Source of the DNA: Lingula anatina
Taxonomy: Eukaryota; Animalia; Brachiopoda
Direction: 5' to 3'
Length of the DNA: 64,000 bases
Assembly (NCBI GenBank): GCA_051362555.1
Contig: CM120640.1
Span: forward strand, 55,592,788-55,656,787
Under the pieces are notes generated by a model, which ran no database searches, was not told the DNA's origin, and saw only the letters and a list, made by a program, of their open reading frames with translations. Each line of letters starts with the position of its first letter. The stretch's first letter is position 1. The translations under genes were made by a program, and so were the position numbers. Below, piece after piece: positions 24,901 through 39,468 of the stretch.

Positions 24901-27900
24901 GTAGCAGCCATAAGATGCCAAAACTGAAAACCTTCTCTAACACCCCATTTCCATAGATTTTTAGATCGATCTATCCCTGTGGGGAGTCTCACTAGATTAC
25001 TGTCAGCTTGGCCAGCTTAAGCGTCTGTCCCGCCTACTAAAAGCTGTAAGGGGGTAATTAACTATGGTGTCCGCTCGGCTGACTGCAATTTAGCCTGAAC
25101 CCCCAGGGAGTTAGGTCGATCTAAAACTTAATCTTTAGATCGATCTAAATCTCTGGGAAAGCACCCTAATTCAGGAACCATAAATGCTAGAAACCTTGTT
25201 TTTTGCATTTTGTAGTGCATGTCCAGCCCAACATTAAAGGTGGTGTCCGTTTTTCTTTGTTCTCCATATGGTTTACGAGTTACACTGTATCAAAAAGTAC
25301 ATAGTGGTGGTGAAAGTAAAATGTGCAATACCGTAATATGCATAAAATTTTAAATGTCTGGAAAAGATAACATAAGAAGGCTTAGCGAGGCAGACAACTT
25401 CTAGTCAAAAATGACATTTCATGAAATTTGAACATCTGGAATTTCTGAGCACCTCCCATTTCATCAATTTCAACCAAAATGACCTTTTTTATTTTAATTA
25501 ATTTCTTCTGTACTTATTAATTTATGGCACATTACTGTAACTCTAAAATTGCAGAATTTAGTCCCTTATATCTCCAAAACTGGCAGAGATAAGCCCATAG
25601 TTACTATTGAAGTTGAATAGAAAGTCATATACTGGCAACTTAACTGTGACCTTGAAATTGACCTTTGACCTACTTTTTACAACGAACTGAATTTTACAAC
25701 ATTTTAGTCCCTTATATCGCCAAAACTGGCAGAGATAGGGCCATAGTTGAATAGCAAGTCATATGCTGGCAATCTAATTGTGACCATCAAATTGACCTTT
25801 GACCTGCTTTTCACCATGAACTGAACTTTGCAACATTTTTGCCCCTTATATCTCCAAAACTGGCACAGATAGGGCCATATTTACTATTGAAGTTGAATAG
25901 GAAGTCATATATTGGCAATCTAACTGTGACCTTCAAATTGATCTTTGACCTACTTTTCGCCATGTATCGCACTTTACAAATTTGCAATAAAACTATTTTT
26001 ACCCATGATTTTGTTATAAATGATAATTTTCAGCAAAAAAAATTAAGAACTTTTGTTTACTGCATTTTTAGAGTTTGTCAAGCACAACACTGGAGGTGGT
26101 ATTCCTTTTATTGTTTTTCCATATGAATGCACTTACTCCAGCTTGTGGTACAATACCCAGAGGGGGTATCGCCTCTCTGATCCTCTAGTTATTAATTAAT
26201 TCACCTATTAGTGCCTCTTTGAGAGTATTTTTTTATACTAAATAACATACCAGTTGATATTGTATTGAAATTGTAATGTATAGATTATGCAATTATAATT
26301 TACTGCAACAATTGCCTTTACTACATGCAATTTATTGTGCATGTTATATCGAGAGGGCATATGACATGACATAGCTCATTTTCCATTTTATAATTCAGTG
26401 TACTTTGAAATTGTATTCACCTGAAGAGTCTTTGGGCGTAACAGCCATAGGAAATAAAAAAGGAGGAAGTTTTTTTTTTTGTCTTATTATGAGCTCTCCA
26501 GCAATGGTTAGAGCACTTTTTTCACTTGAACAGACAATTGTATATAGTACTAGTATCATGCCTGCAGTCTCAAATTTTAAGGGGTGGGGATCTTTAAAAA
26601 AATAGTTCTTTTTACCCTTCTTTAACCCAGCTTGGCAAATAACATATAGAATCTACTTAAAATTTGGATTCAGAAAGGACCTTTTCTTGTCCATGAGGCT
26701 GTTCTTTTAAACCTGGAAACCCCCTGCCTGTATCATGTGTATTCATGAATAACCTTATACAGAAAACTTGGTTGCAGATTAAATATTTTGATATAATGCT
26801 ATAGCTGTCTTGTTTAACATAAAGAAGGTCTGCATTGCCATTTCTCTTTTAACAGTATGTGACAGTTCATTTGCCAAGTTTATTTTTTACTTATTGCCAA
26901 ACCATGCAGGGCTCTGAACACAAACCAAATATCCAAAGTGACCAGCCCAAGCCTCATGAAGAATACAATGGAATGGATCATGAAGTGCCACCTTTGGTGA
27001 AGATTGTTGTCAGTGATACCAATGTTCCAAAGAGGGAGGTAAGATGAGGACCATCTGTGTGCTGTCATGTCCTTCTTATACATTAATAAAATTTCTAAGC
27101 TGATGGCCATTAATGTAATGAACAAGAATTAGTCTTTTATATCAGATGAAAAAATGTTGGCAATGCTTTGTCAGTTGGCTCTCCCCACCCCTCCCCACTC
27201 AGTAAGTACTCATTTAAGAGTGGGACCGATGCATTATACTGGTTCTAATTGCACTGTTTGTTTTTAAAAAAATGGGAGGTTTCATGTAAACAAGCACATG
27301 TGATGTTTCTTGTTGCGATCTTCTCTTACTTGTTCTTAAAGATGTATCAGTTATGTTACTGCAATTTTGGTTATTTTGATCTTAATGATCTCTTAGGTGA
27401 ATTGAAATAACATGTAACACTGTCCAATAATTTAAATCATTAGGGCATAGAATCATAAATATTTGCAATGCTGTTTCCGTTTGTGAGGCAGGTAGCACAG
27501 TATAAGGTGCATGAAGAAAGTTGTAAGAGAGCTTTAAATCTTGTCGGGGTAGAAGATATCCAAAAACACAGCTGCTCATTGCTGCTGGTTACTGCAAAGG
27601 GGAATGGTACTCAGAATTAAGACATGTTAAAGAAATCCAGCTGAATTAACTCAAAGTCAGGTGTTAGGTGGAGACAACTTGACCACAGATGTATTTTGTT
27701 TATACTCATATTTGCTTTGTTCATGGTACACATCTGGTTGAAAGGCCTATACACCTATTTAACCTGCATCCTTCTTTAACTGACCATAGAGGTGTAACTG
27801 ATAGGATTGAGAGTGGCTGTTTTGTACTTAACAGTATTCTTGAGTTTGTTTCTTATTACCTTGTTTTAATGCCTAAGGCTTATAGGACTGCTGCAGAAGC

Positions 27901-30900
27901 ATAATGCTTTACATCCCATCACTCAACTCTGCTTTGGCTAATGAAATGCATTAAGTTGCCCTAAGTGATGCATGCGGTTCCTACATGTACAGACCATTGT
28001 TGTCAATAATATGATGATCATGTTGTTTATGGCAACAAGTCATGTTATCTTTGTACATAAGTTTGTGTCTGGGTGTTAGGGCTATTAATGGTCTAGGTCA
28101 AAGTAATGAGTAGAAGTGATAACAACCTTGGAAAAATAAAATCTTCATATTTTAGTTAGATGTAACTTAAGTTTTCTTGTTAACAAACATTCATTTAGAC
28201 TAATGTGAAAGGACTTTATCATAATTAACCTAAAAGTCTTGATACTAAATGAAGAAAAATAAATGATGATTAGTGCTGCCTTTGACTAGTCGAATAGAAT
28301 GTGGCTGAAGCTTGCTGTATGAGACAAGTGAAGATTTATAGATTCCATGCACACTTAGTGCCTAAGAAGTAAATGATTGATCAATTTTATGGAGAATTAA
28401 GCTGTTTAGATATCAAGTGACAAAAGTGAAATACCGCAGTCTGCCTGGAAAAGGCAGTGTATGTGAGGTTGGCTTAATTTTTGTAAAAGAAGGTACAGAA
28501 TATGTCTGCTATGTTTTATTGTACCACCAGGCTGATCGTTCCGGATCGTTCCGCCGGCTCTGCCCCCATGTTACCATTACCGCTTCTCTTCCTAGATGGT
28601 AAGGGCCTCCATACCCATCTCTTGGATTTAGGTCACCTATAATCTCAACTCGTTCCACGAAAAATTTGGGCTTTGTGGGTGCTGGGGTCTAGGTGTGGCA
28701 CTCATTGCAATGCACCCTTGTCCAAAAATGGCAAAATTAAATGCTAATTATCTACCCTACGGAAGGAATTATGGGAAAAATTTCTATAGATGGCTGACTG
28801 AAAGTCATATGTGGAGATTTTAAATATGCCCTTGAATTTGACCTTTGACCTTTATTTCAAGGTAAAACGGGCCAAAATTTTCAAAAAACCAAATTTTTTA
28901 CAAAAAAAAAAAAAAAACATTGCACTGATATTCAGAAACTACACAGACCTAACCAATAATAATATTGGAAAGTGTTACCCTCAGGGTCATCTTTCATCTC
29001 CGTGAATTTGGGGTCAATCAGTGCATTTTCACGGGAGTAGTGACCATAAGATACCGAAAGTGAAAACTGTCTCTAATTTGGGAACCGTTAATGCTAGAGA
29101 CCCATTCCTTTTTTGCATTTTGTAGAGCATGTCAAGCCCAACACTGGAAGTGGTCTCCGTTTTTTTTTTTTTTTTGTATTCCATACGGTTTTCGAGTTAT
29201 GCTGTATCAAAAAGTAAACTGTGGTGGTGAAAGCAAAATGTGCAGTACGGTAATGTATTATAAATTTTGAACCTCGGGGGAAAATAAAACATAAGGCTTG
29301 GCAAGGCAGACAACTTCTGGTCAAAAATGACATTATTTCATGAAATTTGAACATCTGGAACTTCTGAGCACATCCCATTTCAAGAATTTCAACCAAAATG
29401 ACCTTTTCTTTATTTTAATTAATTTTTTCTGTAGGAAATTTATGGCACATTATTGTAACTCCAAAATTGTAACATTTAGTCCCTTATATCTCCAAAACTG
29501 GCAGAGATAGGTCCATAGTTGCTATTAAAGTTGAATAGGAAGTCACATACTGGCAATTTAACTGTGGCCTTGAAATTGACCTTTGACCTACTTTTCACCA
29601 TGAACTGAACTTTGCAAATTTTCATTCCCTTTTATCTCCAAAACTGGCAGAGATAGGTCCATAGTTACTATTAAACTTGAATAGGAAGTCATATACTGGC
29701 AATCTAATTGTGACCTTTATATTGCCCTTTGACCTACTTTTCATCATGAATTGAACTTTCCAATTTTTCATTCCCTTTTATCTCCAAAACTGGCAGAGAT
29801 AGGTCCATAGTTACTATTAAACTTGAGTAGGAAGTCATATACTGGCAATCTTAGTGTGACCTTGAATTGACCTTTGACCTACTTTTTATCATGAACTGAA
29901 CTTTGCTAATTTCTTTCCCTTTTAACTCCAAACCTGGCAGAGATAGGTCCATAGTTACTATTGAAGTTGAATAGGAAGTCATATTAGTTTTCTTACTCTG
30001 ACCTTGAAATTGACCTTTGACCTACATTTTACCATAAACTGAACTTTGCAACTTTTTTAATGCTTATACTTTCAAAACTGGCAAAGATATGCCCATAGTT
30101 ACTATTGAATTTGAATAGAAAGTCATTAGAGGCAATTTACTGTGACCTTAAAATTGACCTTTGACCTACTTTTCACCATGAACTGAACTTTGCAAATTTT
30201 GGTTCCCTTTTATCTCCAAAACTGGCAGAGATAGGTCCATAGTTACTATTGAACTTGAATAGGAAGTCATATACTGGCAATCTAAGTGTGACCTTGAAAT
30301 TGACCTTTGACCTACTTTTTATCATGAATTGAACTTTGCAAATTTTGGTTCTCTTTTATCTCCAAAACTGACAGAGATAGGTCTATGTTTACTATTGAAC
30401 TTGAATAGGAAGTAATACACTGGCAATCTTTGACCTTGAAATTGACCTTTAACTTTCTTTTTATGATGAACTGCTTTTTACGTTTTCTTTAAATCTGCAA
30501 AATTGGCAAAGAAATGCCCATGGTTACTATTGAACTTGAATAGAAATTCATATACTATGATATTGAAATTGAACTTTGAACTACTTTTTACACCATGAAC
30601 TGAGCTTTGCATATTTTTTTGCCCCTCATAGCTTCAAAACTAGCAGAGATGTGAAAGTTGTTGCCCCTAGGTTTTTTTTTTGTCAGCATATATGCACCAC
30701 TGACAACACATTTCAAGGAAAACCAATAGGCCTATTGTCTAGAGAATCACAGGAGTGATCAGTGGTAGGAAAATGCAAGTCAGTTCAAAAATCTGCTTGA
30801 TTGTACAATTTTTAGTTATATTTTTTTTGCATATTTTGAGAACTCTTGTTGATTGCATTTCATAGAGCTTGTCAAGCACAAGACTGGTGGTGGTGTCCCT

Positions 30901-33900
30901 TTTTTTTTTTGGGGGGGGGGGGGGGGTTCCATACAAATGCGCTTACTCCAGCTGGTGGTACAATATCTGGAGGCGGTATCGCCTCTCTGATCCTCTTGAT
31001 TCACATGGACTTTAACTTTGCGGAGTATCTGACAGGCATCACAGCCATTTTAAGGGTTCTTGGTTTTGAACAGCAGTCATGTAATATTTCAATATTTCAT
31101 AATTTCATTTTACACTGAATCATCAATTAATAACCTCTTTGTCAATGAACCTTATTATAAACTTTTGATTATAGTGAATGGACCTAATCAATAAATGCTT
31201 TGAAGTTGTTTTTTGGAAGGGTGTAATAAATTTTCCCTTTCACTCCCCTCTCTTTTATGCTGAATAACTTTTATTGTATGTTTCTTTTTTTTCATGAATT
31301 CATTTAATGATTCGTTTTTTCATACATGTAGCAGGGTAAGTGTAAAAATAGTTTTCAGATAAATACATTTTCTTTTCCCCATATGGTATAAGGGTCACAC
31401 AGGAGGAAGATCAGTTCAAAGTATATTACTTGTATAATTTTTTTCAATGATTTATGGTATGGATTGTTATGAGTGAACACTTCCCATGCTGAGATGATGG
31501 ATCTTGATGCTCTACCTGGGGTTTTGTAGAGTTTGTAATATGCTATTTTTAAGACCCTTCCCTGATCTAGCATGTTTTAACACTAATGAAATAGATCATG
31601 TTGGTATGAAGTTTTGTAGAAATTGTTTTTTGAAGGTAAATTAGTTACCATTAATATTGAGGTTTCATTTTCATGTGCAAAAGTTTGAAAGAAAATGTAA
31701 AATTATCTCTTATTTACCTTTTTAGTTTAGACATGTCAGAAGAGAATGTTGATAAGAAACTTAAAACTGAAATGCTTTCTTTAACTGCATAAACATCATT
31801 TTATGATGAGAAGTAGGTGAAGTATATACTTATTGCCATATCATTTCTCAAAATATGAATGAAAAATACTCTTATATTGGTAAGGAACTCCTTTTTGTTT
31901 TGAATGTAAGGTTAATTAAGGTGATGTGTGGCAGCATTAGATTTGATCTTGTGTGGCACTATCTTGAAGTACCAGACTGAATTTACATCAGCTGTTTTAG
32001 AAAGTGAAATAGTCAGCTTAGTGAAAGCAAGACAAAGTTGCAATAATATTAGTGTTTTCAAAGAAAATGGAACAACAGGATTGAAACATCTTGGAGTTAA
32101 GTGTTGGTCACAGCTGTTGAACAGTAGAATATATTCAGAAGTCATTATGATCAATGCATGACATGCATCCAATACATGTGAATTAGCTACATGTTTAACT
32201 TTTGCAGTCTTCTCCACGAAGATTCTTGCTGCACCCAAGCATGCCAGCTGTACCAGAGACTGATGCCATCAGTATGGAAAGCAGTCAACAGATTAAGAAG
32301 AATGAACAACAAACCAATGGAGAAGTGCAACTGAATGGTGGAGTTCATGACAATGTAGAGACTACTCCTGTCACACCCAATCTTCCAGACTCTGTCCTAA
32401 AGAAGTTTGGGCTGTTGGCATTTTCTTCAAAGGGAAAGAAAGGAGAAGGGTAAGCTTGAAACTTGTTAATAGTAACATTAATTCACTTTGTTTGTATTCA
32501 ACAGCATTATTAAATGTTAACTCTGATGTGAGATTTATATATCATTGTTGCTCTGCTAAATACTGGCCAAAGAACAGTTTAGAGATTGACCTCCTCTGAA
32601 TCAAATTGCTCATCCTTGAAAACGATAGAATTTAATTGCCATTTACTAAGATATTTTAAAAGAATGCCAAATTAGTTTTAAAAGATGCAGATAGAAAAAA
32701 AATATTGTGATGAATTTTAAGTGGGACATACTGTAGCAGAAAAATTTTCCAAGGGACACACTATATACTCTGATGTAGGAAACTAATTAAATGTTTGTTT
32801 TAGGAAAAATAATGAAGCTACAGATAAAGAACTAGAGGTAAGTGACATATGATGAACTTTGTTATTTGTAACATGCTTGTTTCTTAGTAGTGAACATGCA
32901 AAAAATGACATTTTTAAAAAAACTTTTATTGATTTAACTTTAAAAGGAGCTGATTCACATTGACAACATTTCAACTGGCTTTGTAAGAACAAAACAGCCT
33001 AATAAAAGTTAAGTTTTTCAGTTTTGCCAAAAATTGATTAGTTTCAAATTTTTCTTGGACATGTTTGAGATATATATATATATATATATATATACCGTAA
33101 TGTGCCAAGCATTTCGACGGGCCCAGTCAATCGGACCACAAAAATTATTTTATAAAATTAATTTTTCTGGGCTCAAACATTTAGTCCATACGTCAAAATC
33201 ATGCTCCAGAATTTTTTTCTTGTTCCGATTGTTCGACCACATCGTCGGCAAGACTCGGTAAATTTTCAAGCCAGTGAAATAGATGCTGCATGCCTCGGCC
33301 CTTTGTCAATTGTTGTCCTTTCAATAGCTCTCGTCAATGAGGAGGAAACAATTAATTGAAGATCTAATCTGGAAGCATGACGTACCTGTCATTATCTTTG
33401 TCCCCGATGACAATAATAGAGCTTTTAGACATACAATTTTTGCTAATTAAGCAGACTTGCCCTCGCTGACTGATTTATCACGCCTGTAACTGGGGAGGGG
33501 GGGGGGGTTAAAAAAAGGTCTATTCTGGATGAAACCAAATATTGACAGTGGGTAGAATACGTCGTAAACACCTTCATATAGACCATATATAGCGTTTGCT
33601 AGCAATAAAAAGTTTGGGAAGAATAAGCAATTTATTTTCAAGTTCGATTGAAATATATATGCAGATGGGGAAACGTTCTTGAAGTCAACACCGCAAGATC
33701 TTACATTTACTACAATCGACCGAAAGATCAGCGGGATCGACCGCCCAGACTTCTTGGCGCCAAATACCACGCGCTGTCAAAATCTGACGAACACGTGTAG
33801 CTGTTCACCTACATGGATAACTGATTTGTCAGCAATAAAAATGACGTCTTCCTTAACTCCATGGGAGCTTCATAGAGAGTTCCACTGGGTATTCACGTTA

Positions 33901-35002
33901 CCTGTGATTCACTTTCTATTTCCCCAGATGCATGAAATGATATTGATAATATTTAGCGTAATCCACGAAGAACTCTATTACTGTGACCCCCCTTCCCCAA
34001 AAAGGGACCGTGTTCACTAACATGTGGTTTGCGCTATGCTGGAGCAGACCAGATAAGACCAGTCTCTCATTTCTGCATGTGCTCAATTCTCACGTCAAAT
34101 TATAAATGCACCTGTTTTGTGAAAATTATGGCAATTAAATGCTTTTTTTACGTTCGGGTTGTATCAGTGGGGTTTTCAATATGCACCGTGGTTTGTGCAC
34201 AGCGAGAGTATGTAAGTAAGAAAGTCGGAAGAGTGCCAACAAGATACTGTATGTCTATCGGCACAGGTAGGCTCCGTATTTTGCCTTTTTTCAATACGTT
34301 TTAATATGACATGCTTTTTAAATAAAATACTTAAAAGTAATTTGAAGTTACACTGATTTCCGTTTGAGTACCAGTTGGTATTCTTTGATACGGGTGATTG
34401 AATTTTCTTCGTAAGTACGTACATCTACGCCTCGATACTGAGCAAGCCTTGCGGGTTGAAAACAACTGATCTCAGACTGGTAAAAAAATTCAATTCTGTT
34501 AATTTCTGTTGTCATATTAAAATTCAAATAGGGCATACGTAGATCACATAACTAGTTTAAGTCCACTAAAGCTACCAGTTTCAAATATAAGTGACCGGCC
34601 TTTGTTTACAACACCTATTTCTCCGGGGAAATAGGCCTACTCGTCCCACTTGTGAAGCGCATCATGAAAATGATCATAGGTGAGGGAAATATATAATTAG
34701 AAATTATAATTGCTGTCTTTTTTAATGTTAAGTTATGTTAGCACATATTGTACACAGCAAAATAGGATTTCAGAAGGGGGATAAAACATGCCTGAAACAC
34801 GTGTTAGGCAAAAATTGCGGCTTATCTTGCGTAACACTTCCTGTAAAATGCAATACTTCCGGAAAGATGGACGTTTTGGCAGATGCCCCTAACAATCCAA
34901 CGATATCAAAGGTTTCCATTTGCTGTATTTCAATCAATTCGACCAAACTGACATTTCCATGAAATTAATTAATTAATCATGGTCGAATTGTTTGGCATAT
35001 TA

Positions 35003-35068
<66 letters not shown>

Positions 35069-38000
35069 CCATTAACTGACAGCTAATTTTTGCAATGTAG
35101 GCCAAATTTAATCAACTAGCCTTAGCATTCAAAACTGACAAAACAACAGTGGAAAAAAGGTTAGAACTTCAGGAGCACATCAGAAGTGTGGCAGAAGACA
35201 GTATTCTCAATGAAATAGGGGACATGAAGAATTCCATTGAGGTAAAAATAAATAGTCTTCTGTAAAGAATCACTTAATTAAGTGTTTTAAATATTACTCT
35301 GAGTTCACAGTAACCATGAAAATAATAATACCTGTTGACCAATAGCATTATGTTTATTGCATTGTATATTATTATTTTTATATTATGCATAAAATTTGCA
35401 GATGCTTGGCCTATTGTGTACTGATCAGGAAAGTAGAGATCTGTACAATGCAGTACAGAAGCATGTTGAAGTGGTAGAATATTCCACTCTTCGTATGTCA
35501 GGACATGCAGAGCTTCATGGTGCTGTAAAGCAGGTAACTTAGTGAGGATTACAAATTTAATCATTGCTTTGGATATATGATAGATACAAAAACATCTAAT
35601 TTTTATACCTGTTGCAGACCAAGGGGATTGTTTAAAGTACATTGAAAATATTCTGATATTTATACCAAATACAAGTCTTCACTGTGTTTTTGAATAAGAA
35701 TTTACACACATCTGTCTCCATTTTATATATAGCACATGTGTCAAACATATGAAAACATATGTGAAAATCGCACTTTTTGAAATTAACAAAATGACAAAAT
35801 TGACAGCCTGCCAGTGTTTACTCTCTGGTTGTTTTGGTTGATCATGAAAATGTATTTTAAATCCTAGGATGGTTCATTTCAGATAATGTATAATAGTATG
35901 AGAAAACCCTTCTGTTTTGGCAAAATTGGCTGACAAAACATTTTAAACTTCTACTTCTGCAATTTCTCAAAAGCAGAGCATTGGCAATCCACTATAGGAG
36001 ACAGTTTGTAGCCTCGTAAAAAATGGAACTTTGTTATAAATTGGCAAGCCATTAATCAAAATGCTTCTTGTTTATCATCTTCAGTAATAAAAAATATAAT
36101 AACATACTATAAAAATATCTTGAGGCTTCTGTTTGGCCCGTTAATTAGCTAAATTGATATTTTGTAGAAACTACATGCTAAAACGCCCCAAAGTCATCTG
36201 ATGACCTTGTTCTCATATTGAGGCATATGGTTTTGTTCCTGTGCTGGTATATAATTGGTAATAACCATAGATGTGAGATGGAGTGGGATCTGAGCTGCTT
36301 CTAACTGTAGAAACTGGTGATTAGCAGTGGTCAGATAATTCCTGTTGGATTGACCCTATTTGAGTAGAAGTCATCATTTATGGTGTGAAAAAAGAGAAAT
36401 GTTTATTGTTTTCATATTAAGAATGATTGTTTTGAGAAAGTAAATGCCTTTGTAATTACTGTAAATGTCTGATCTTTCCAGGAATGCAGGCTGAGCAAGG
36501 CAGTAGACAGCATGGTGCAATATGTAGAAAACCTGAAGAGGCTGCACGAAAAACTATCCACAGAATTGGATGAAACAAAGTACACTTCCTATCTTTCTCG
36601 CATATTTTGATTACATTAACATTATTTCAATTATATGAACTATATTATATAGGATAATATGGTTTGTTTGTCTATTAAGCCATTTTGAGTTATGCTACAC
36701 ATGATATATCACACCTATTTAATTACACTAATTTTTTATTTTTAGGAGAATTTTAAAAGACAACAAGATCATGTGTCCTAGTTTATCATCTGACTTGGGT
36801 TTGTATATAGCTCTTTTATCATAAGTATATCAAAAATCATTAAATTTGCTTGTAATCAATAAAAAATGTTCAGTAAATTTTGTTATCTGATCCAATGGAT
36901 TGTCAGAAAGTACAGTTTACTGATTTGAATATCAAAGGAAATCCAATTTGCATCACATTTCAGGGGATTCAGTGTTACTAAGAAGAACGACAACACTGAA
37001 GGTAATTTTGATGTCTGTAATTCTGACTTTTTTAAGATCAATTAGATTTCAGAAGTTTAACAAATTAACAACAGCTTGAGTTTTTTTTACAATTAGATGC
37101 ATTATTAGATGCATGATCTAACCACAAAGGAAATGCCTTGATAAAACGGACATCTTGTTTAAAATACTAATCTTCAATGGAAGTTTGAAACTTCTGCTCT
37201 CACTTTCTTGATTGAGTGGGACCATTTATTTGAACATGGTTAAAATTTGTTAACAATAGTATCAGTTGTAATTATATGAACCAATATATTGGTACACAGC
37301 TGAGGTAATTTCCAATAGTAAAATTAAATATTCATTAAAAAACTTATGATCTTATCAACTAAAAGAAAAAAAGTATAATCACTTAAAAAAGGAAGTGTGG
37401 GCATACGTGTATCTTGTTTTAATTACATTTGATTTAACCAAATGCCTCTTTGTTTCTATACAATGCTAGTTCACCCCGCCCACACACAGGACTAAGTCTT
37501 TGCCTTCATCACTTACTGCTGTTAATTACATACCTGTGACTGACAAAAAAGAGGTAGTAACTGCATGTTTGGTTTGTGTAGCTTCTTTGACCACTGGGTT
37601 CCCTTTTCATGCCTTTGCTGTTTTTCTTTTCTTTATATTTCGCATATATATGTACTAGAATATATTATGTAAAAATTTATGTAAAGATACTTCCTTCAAA
37701 ATAATATAAAACAAAATTTGCAAATTTGAATATTTGGCTTCAGTTTTTATCAGTAAATTTAAGTATGTGTTGCACATAATGTTGGTCATAAAGTGTTTTA
37801 AAGAAATAATAGATGCTTAATCATTTAGTAAACAAGGTGGGAAACATATTATATATTGTGGAAGATGCTGGATATTTTTGCAACTATTAGTTTGTTACTG
37901 GTATAATGCATGATGTTTTTGGAGACATATTTTGACTACATAAAGCATATTTAGTGTTTGATAAAAATGAATCTTCATAGAAAACCAAGCTGCAAAGGAC

Positions 38001-39436
38001 ATATTACATTTTGTTAACAAGTAAATACTTCACAACAGTGATGTACAGTAGCTTTATATTCATGTTACACAGAAATCTAAAATAGAATAGAACAATATAT
38101 GAAAACTAAAGCCCTGAAATCCTTGTGTACAACTTTATAGTAGTTCTCATTTGTTCCGTGTATATTTTGTAAAAAAAAAAAAAGTCTTAGTTGGATTAGT
38201 TGGATTATTCTGCATTACAGGTTGGTCTTTGTTAATTGCTTTCAGCACTGTTCTATTTAATAAAGGCATGCTTTGACATTAAATCTTTTAAAAAAATGTG
38301 AGAGTGACATTTGTAATGGGTGTTGGTATTTGTGTGTTTTGGGGCTATGGGTTAACTTTAATTGTTGTGTTATTTTGAATACTGATTATATTACCTTTGT
38401 TTTCAGTTGACAAGTTTGACAATTTCTTTGCTGTTGAACAGATACATGACATTAGTCCTCCATTATATAATGATAATATATATACTAGCTAAATAAAGAA
38501 ATGCAAGTTTTTTTGACCACAATGCTTCAAAATATCCAAATATGCAGATGTTAGTATAGTCACTGTATTCATTGACAGAACACCATCTCAGCCCTGTCGT
38601 AGAGTACTGATAGACTTGAGTGATTCCAGACAATGGCTGGCTTAAAATTTTTTAGACATCTCATTTAAATACAAAGGCCCCATTCAGAGTGGGTGATCTG
38701 AGTATTTACTGATCCGCTGACTAAATATGGCCAACCGCAGATCAATAGCAATGCCGCTGATTCCTGATGGTCTCCCTGACTCCACACGTACCTTTAAATG
38801 GATTAAATCTTTGCTCCGAGGTTTAATTGCTAGGCCCCTGCAGCGATGGCGTGTGTGGAGGCAGGGAGACCATCAGGAATCAGCAGCATCACTTTTGATC
38901 TGTGGTCGGCCATATTTAGTCAGCGGATCAATAAGTACTCAGATCATCCATTCTGAATGCCCCCAAATTTGGACAAAAGTCTTGCAGAAATCAGTTGTCC
39001 AGAATCAATACTAGTGGACCCTGGAATCAGAAAAACCAGTTTAGGAGACTGAATTCCATGCTGACATCTCCTATTGAGCATAGTTGGGATGAACTGGGCA
39101 GATGATTTCATAATAACCGCTAGTCACAGCCTACCACCATCATAGAGTAAAGAGCTGGACTGGTGGAAGAATGGAAAAGGATGACTCATATAACCATAGA
39201 CAAAACAAAACTTGCATTTTCTTTTTTTTTTTTTTTTTTTTTTTATTATTATTTTTTTTTTTTGGCTGGTATATTTTCTATTACATGATCATGTATTTTC
39301 TAGTTCACAAAAGTTAACAATAGTTAACTGAAGATTCTGTAAAAGGTAAAAGTGTTCAGTCAGAGCACTGTTTCCTATAATCCTTTTGATTGACATGAAA
39401 AAATTGGTGCATATTTCTGATATGCCACATTTCCAA

Positions 39437-39468
<32 letters not shown>

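Noticed and set aside
34735-34962. Duplicated 75-aa ORF (also 45921..46148) as a small gene family
   Set aside because: Both lie in the subterminal region of the same non-autonomous TIR element; no protein motif
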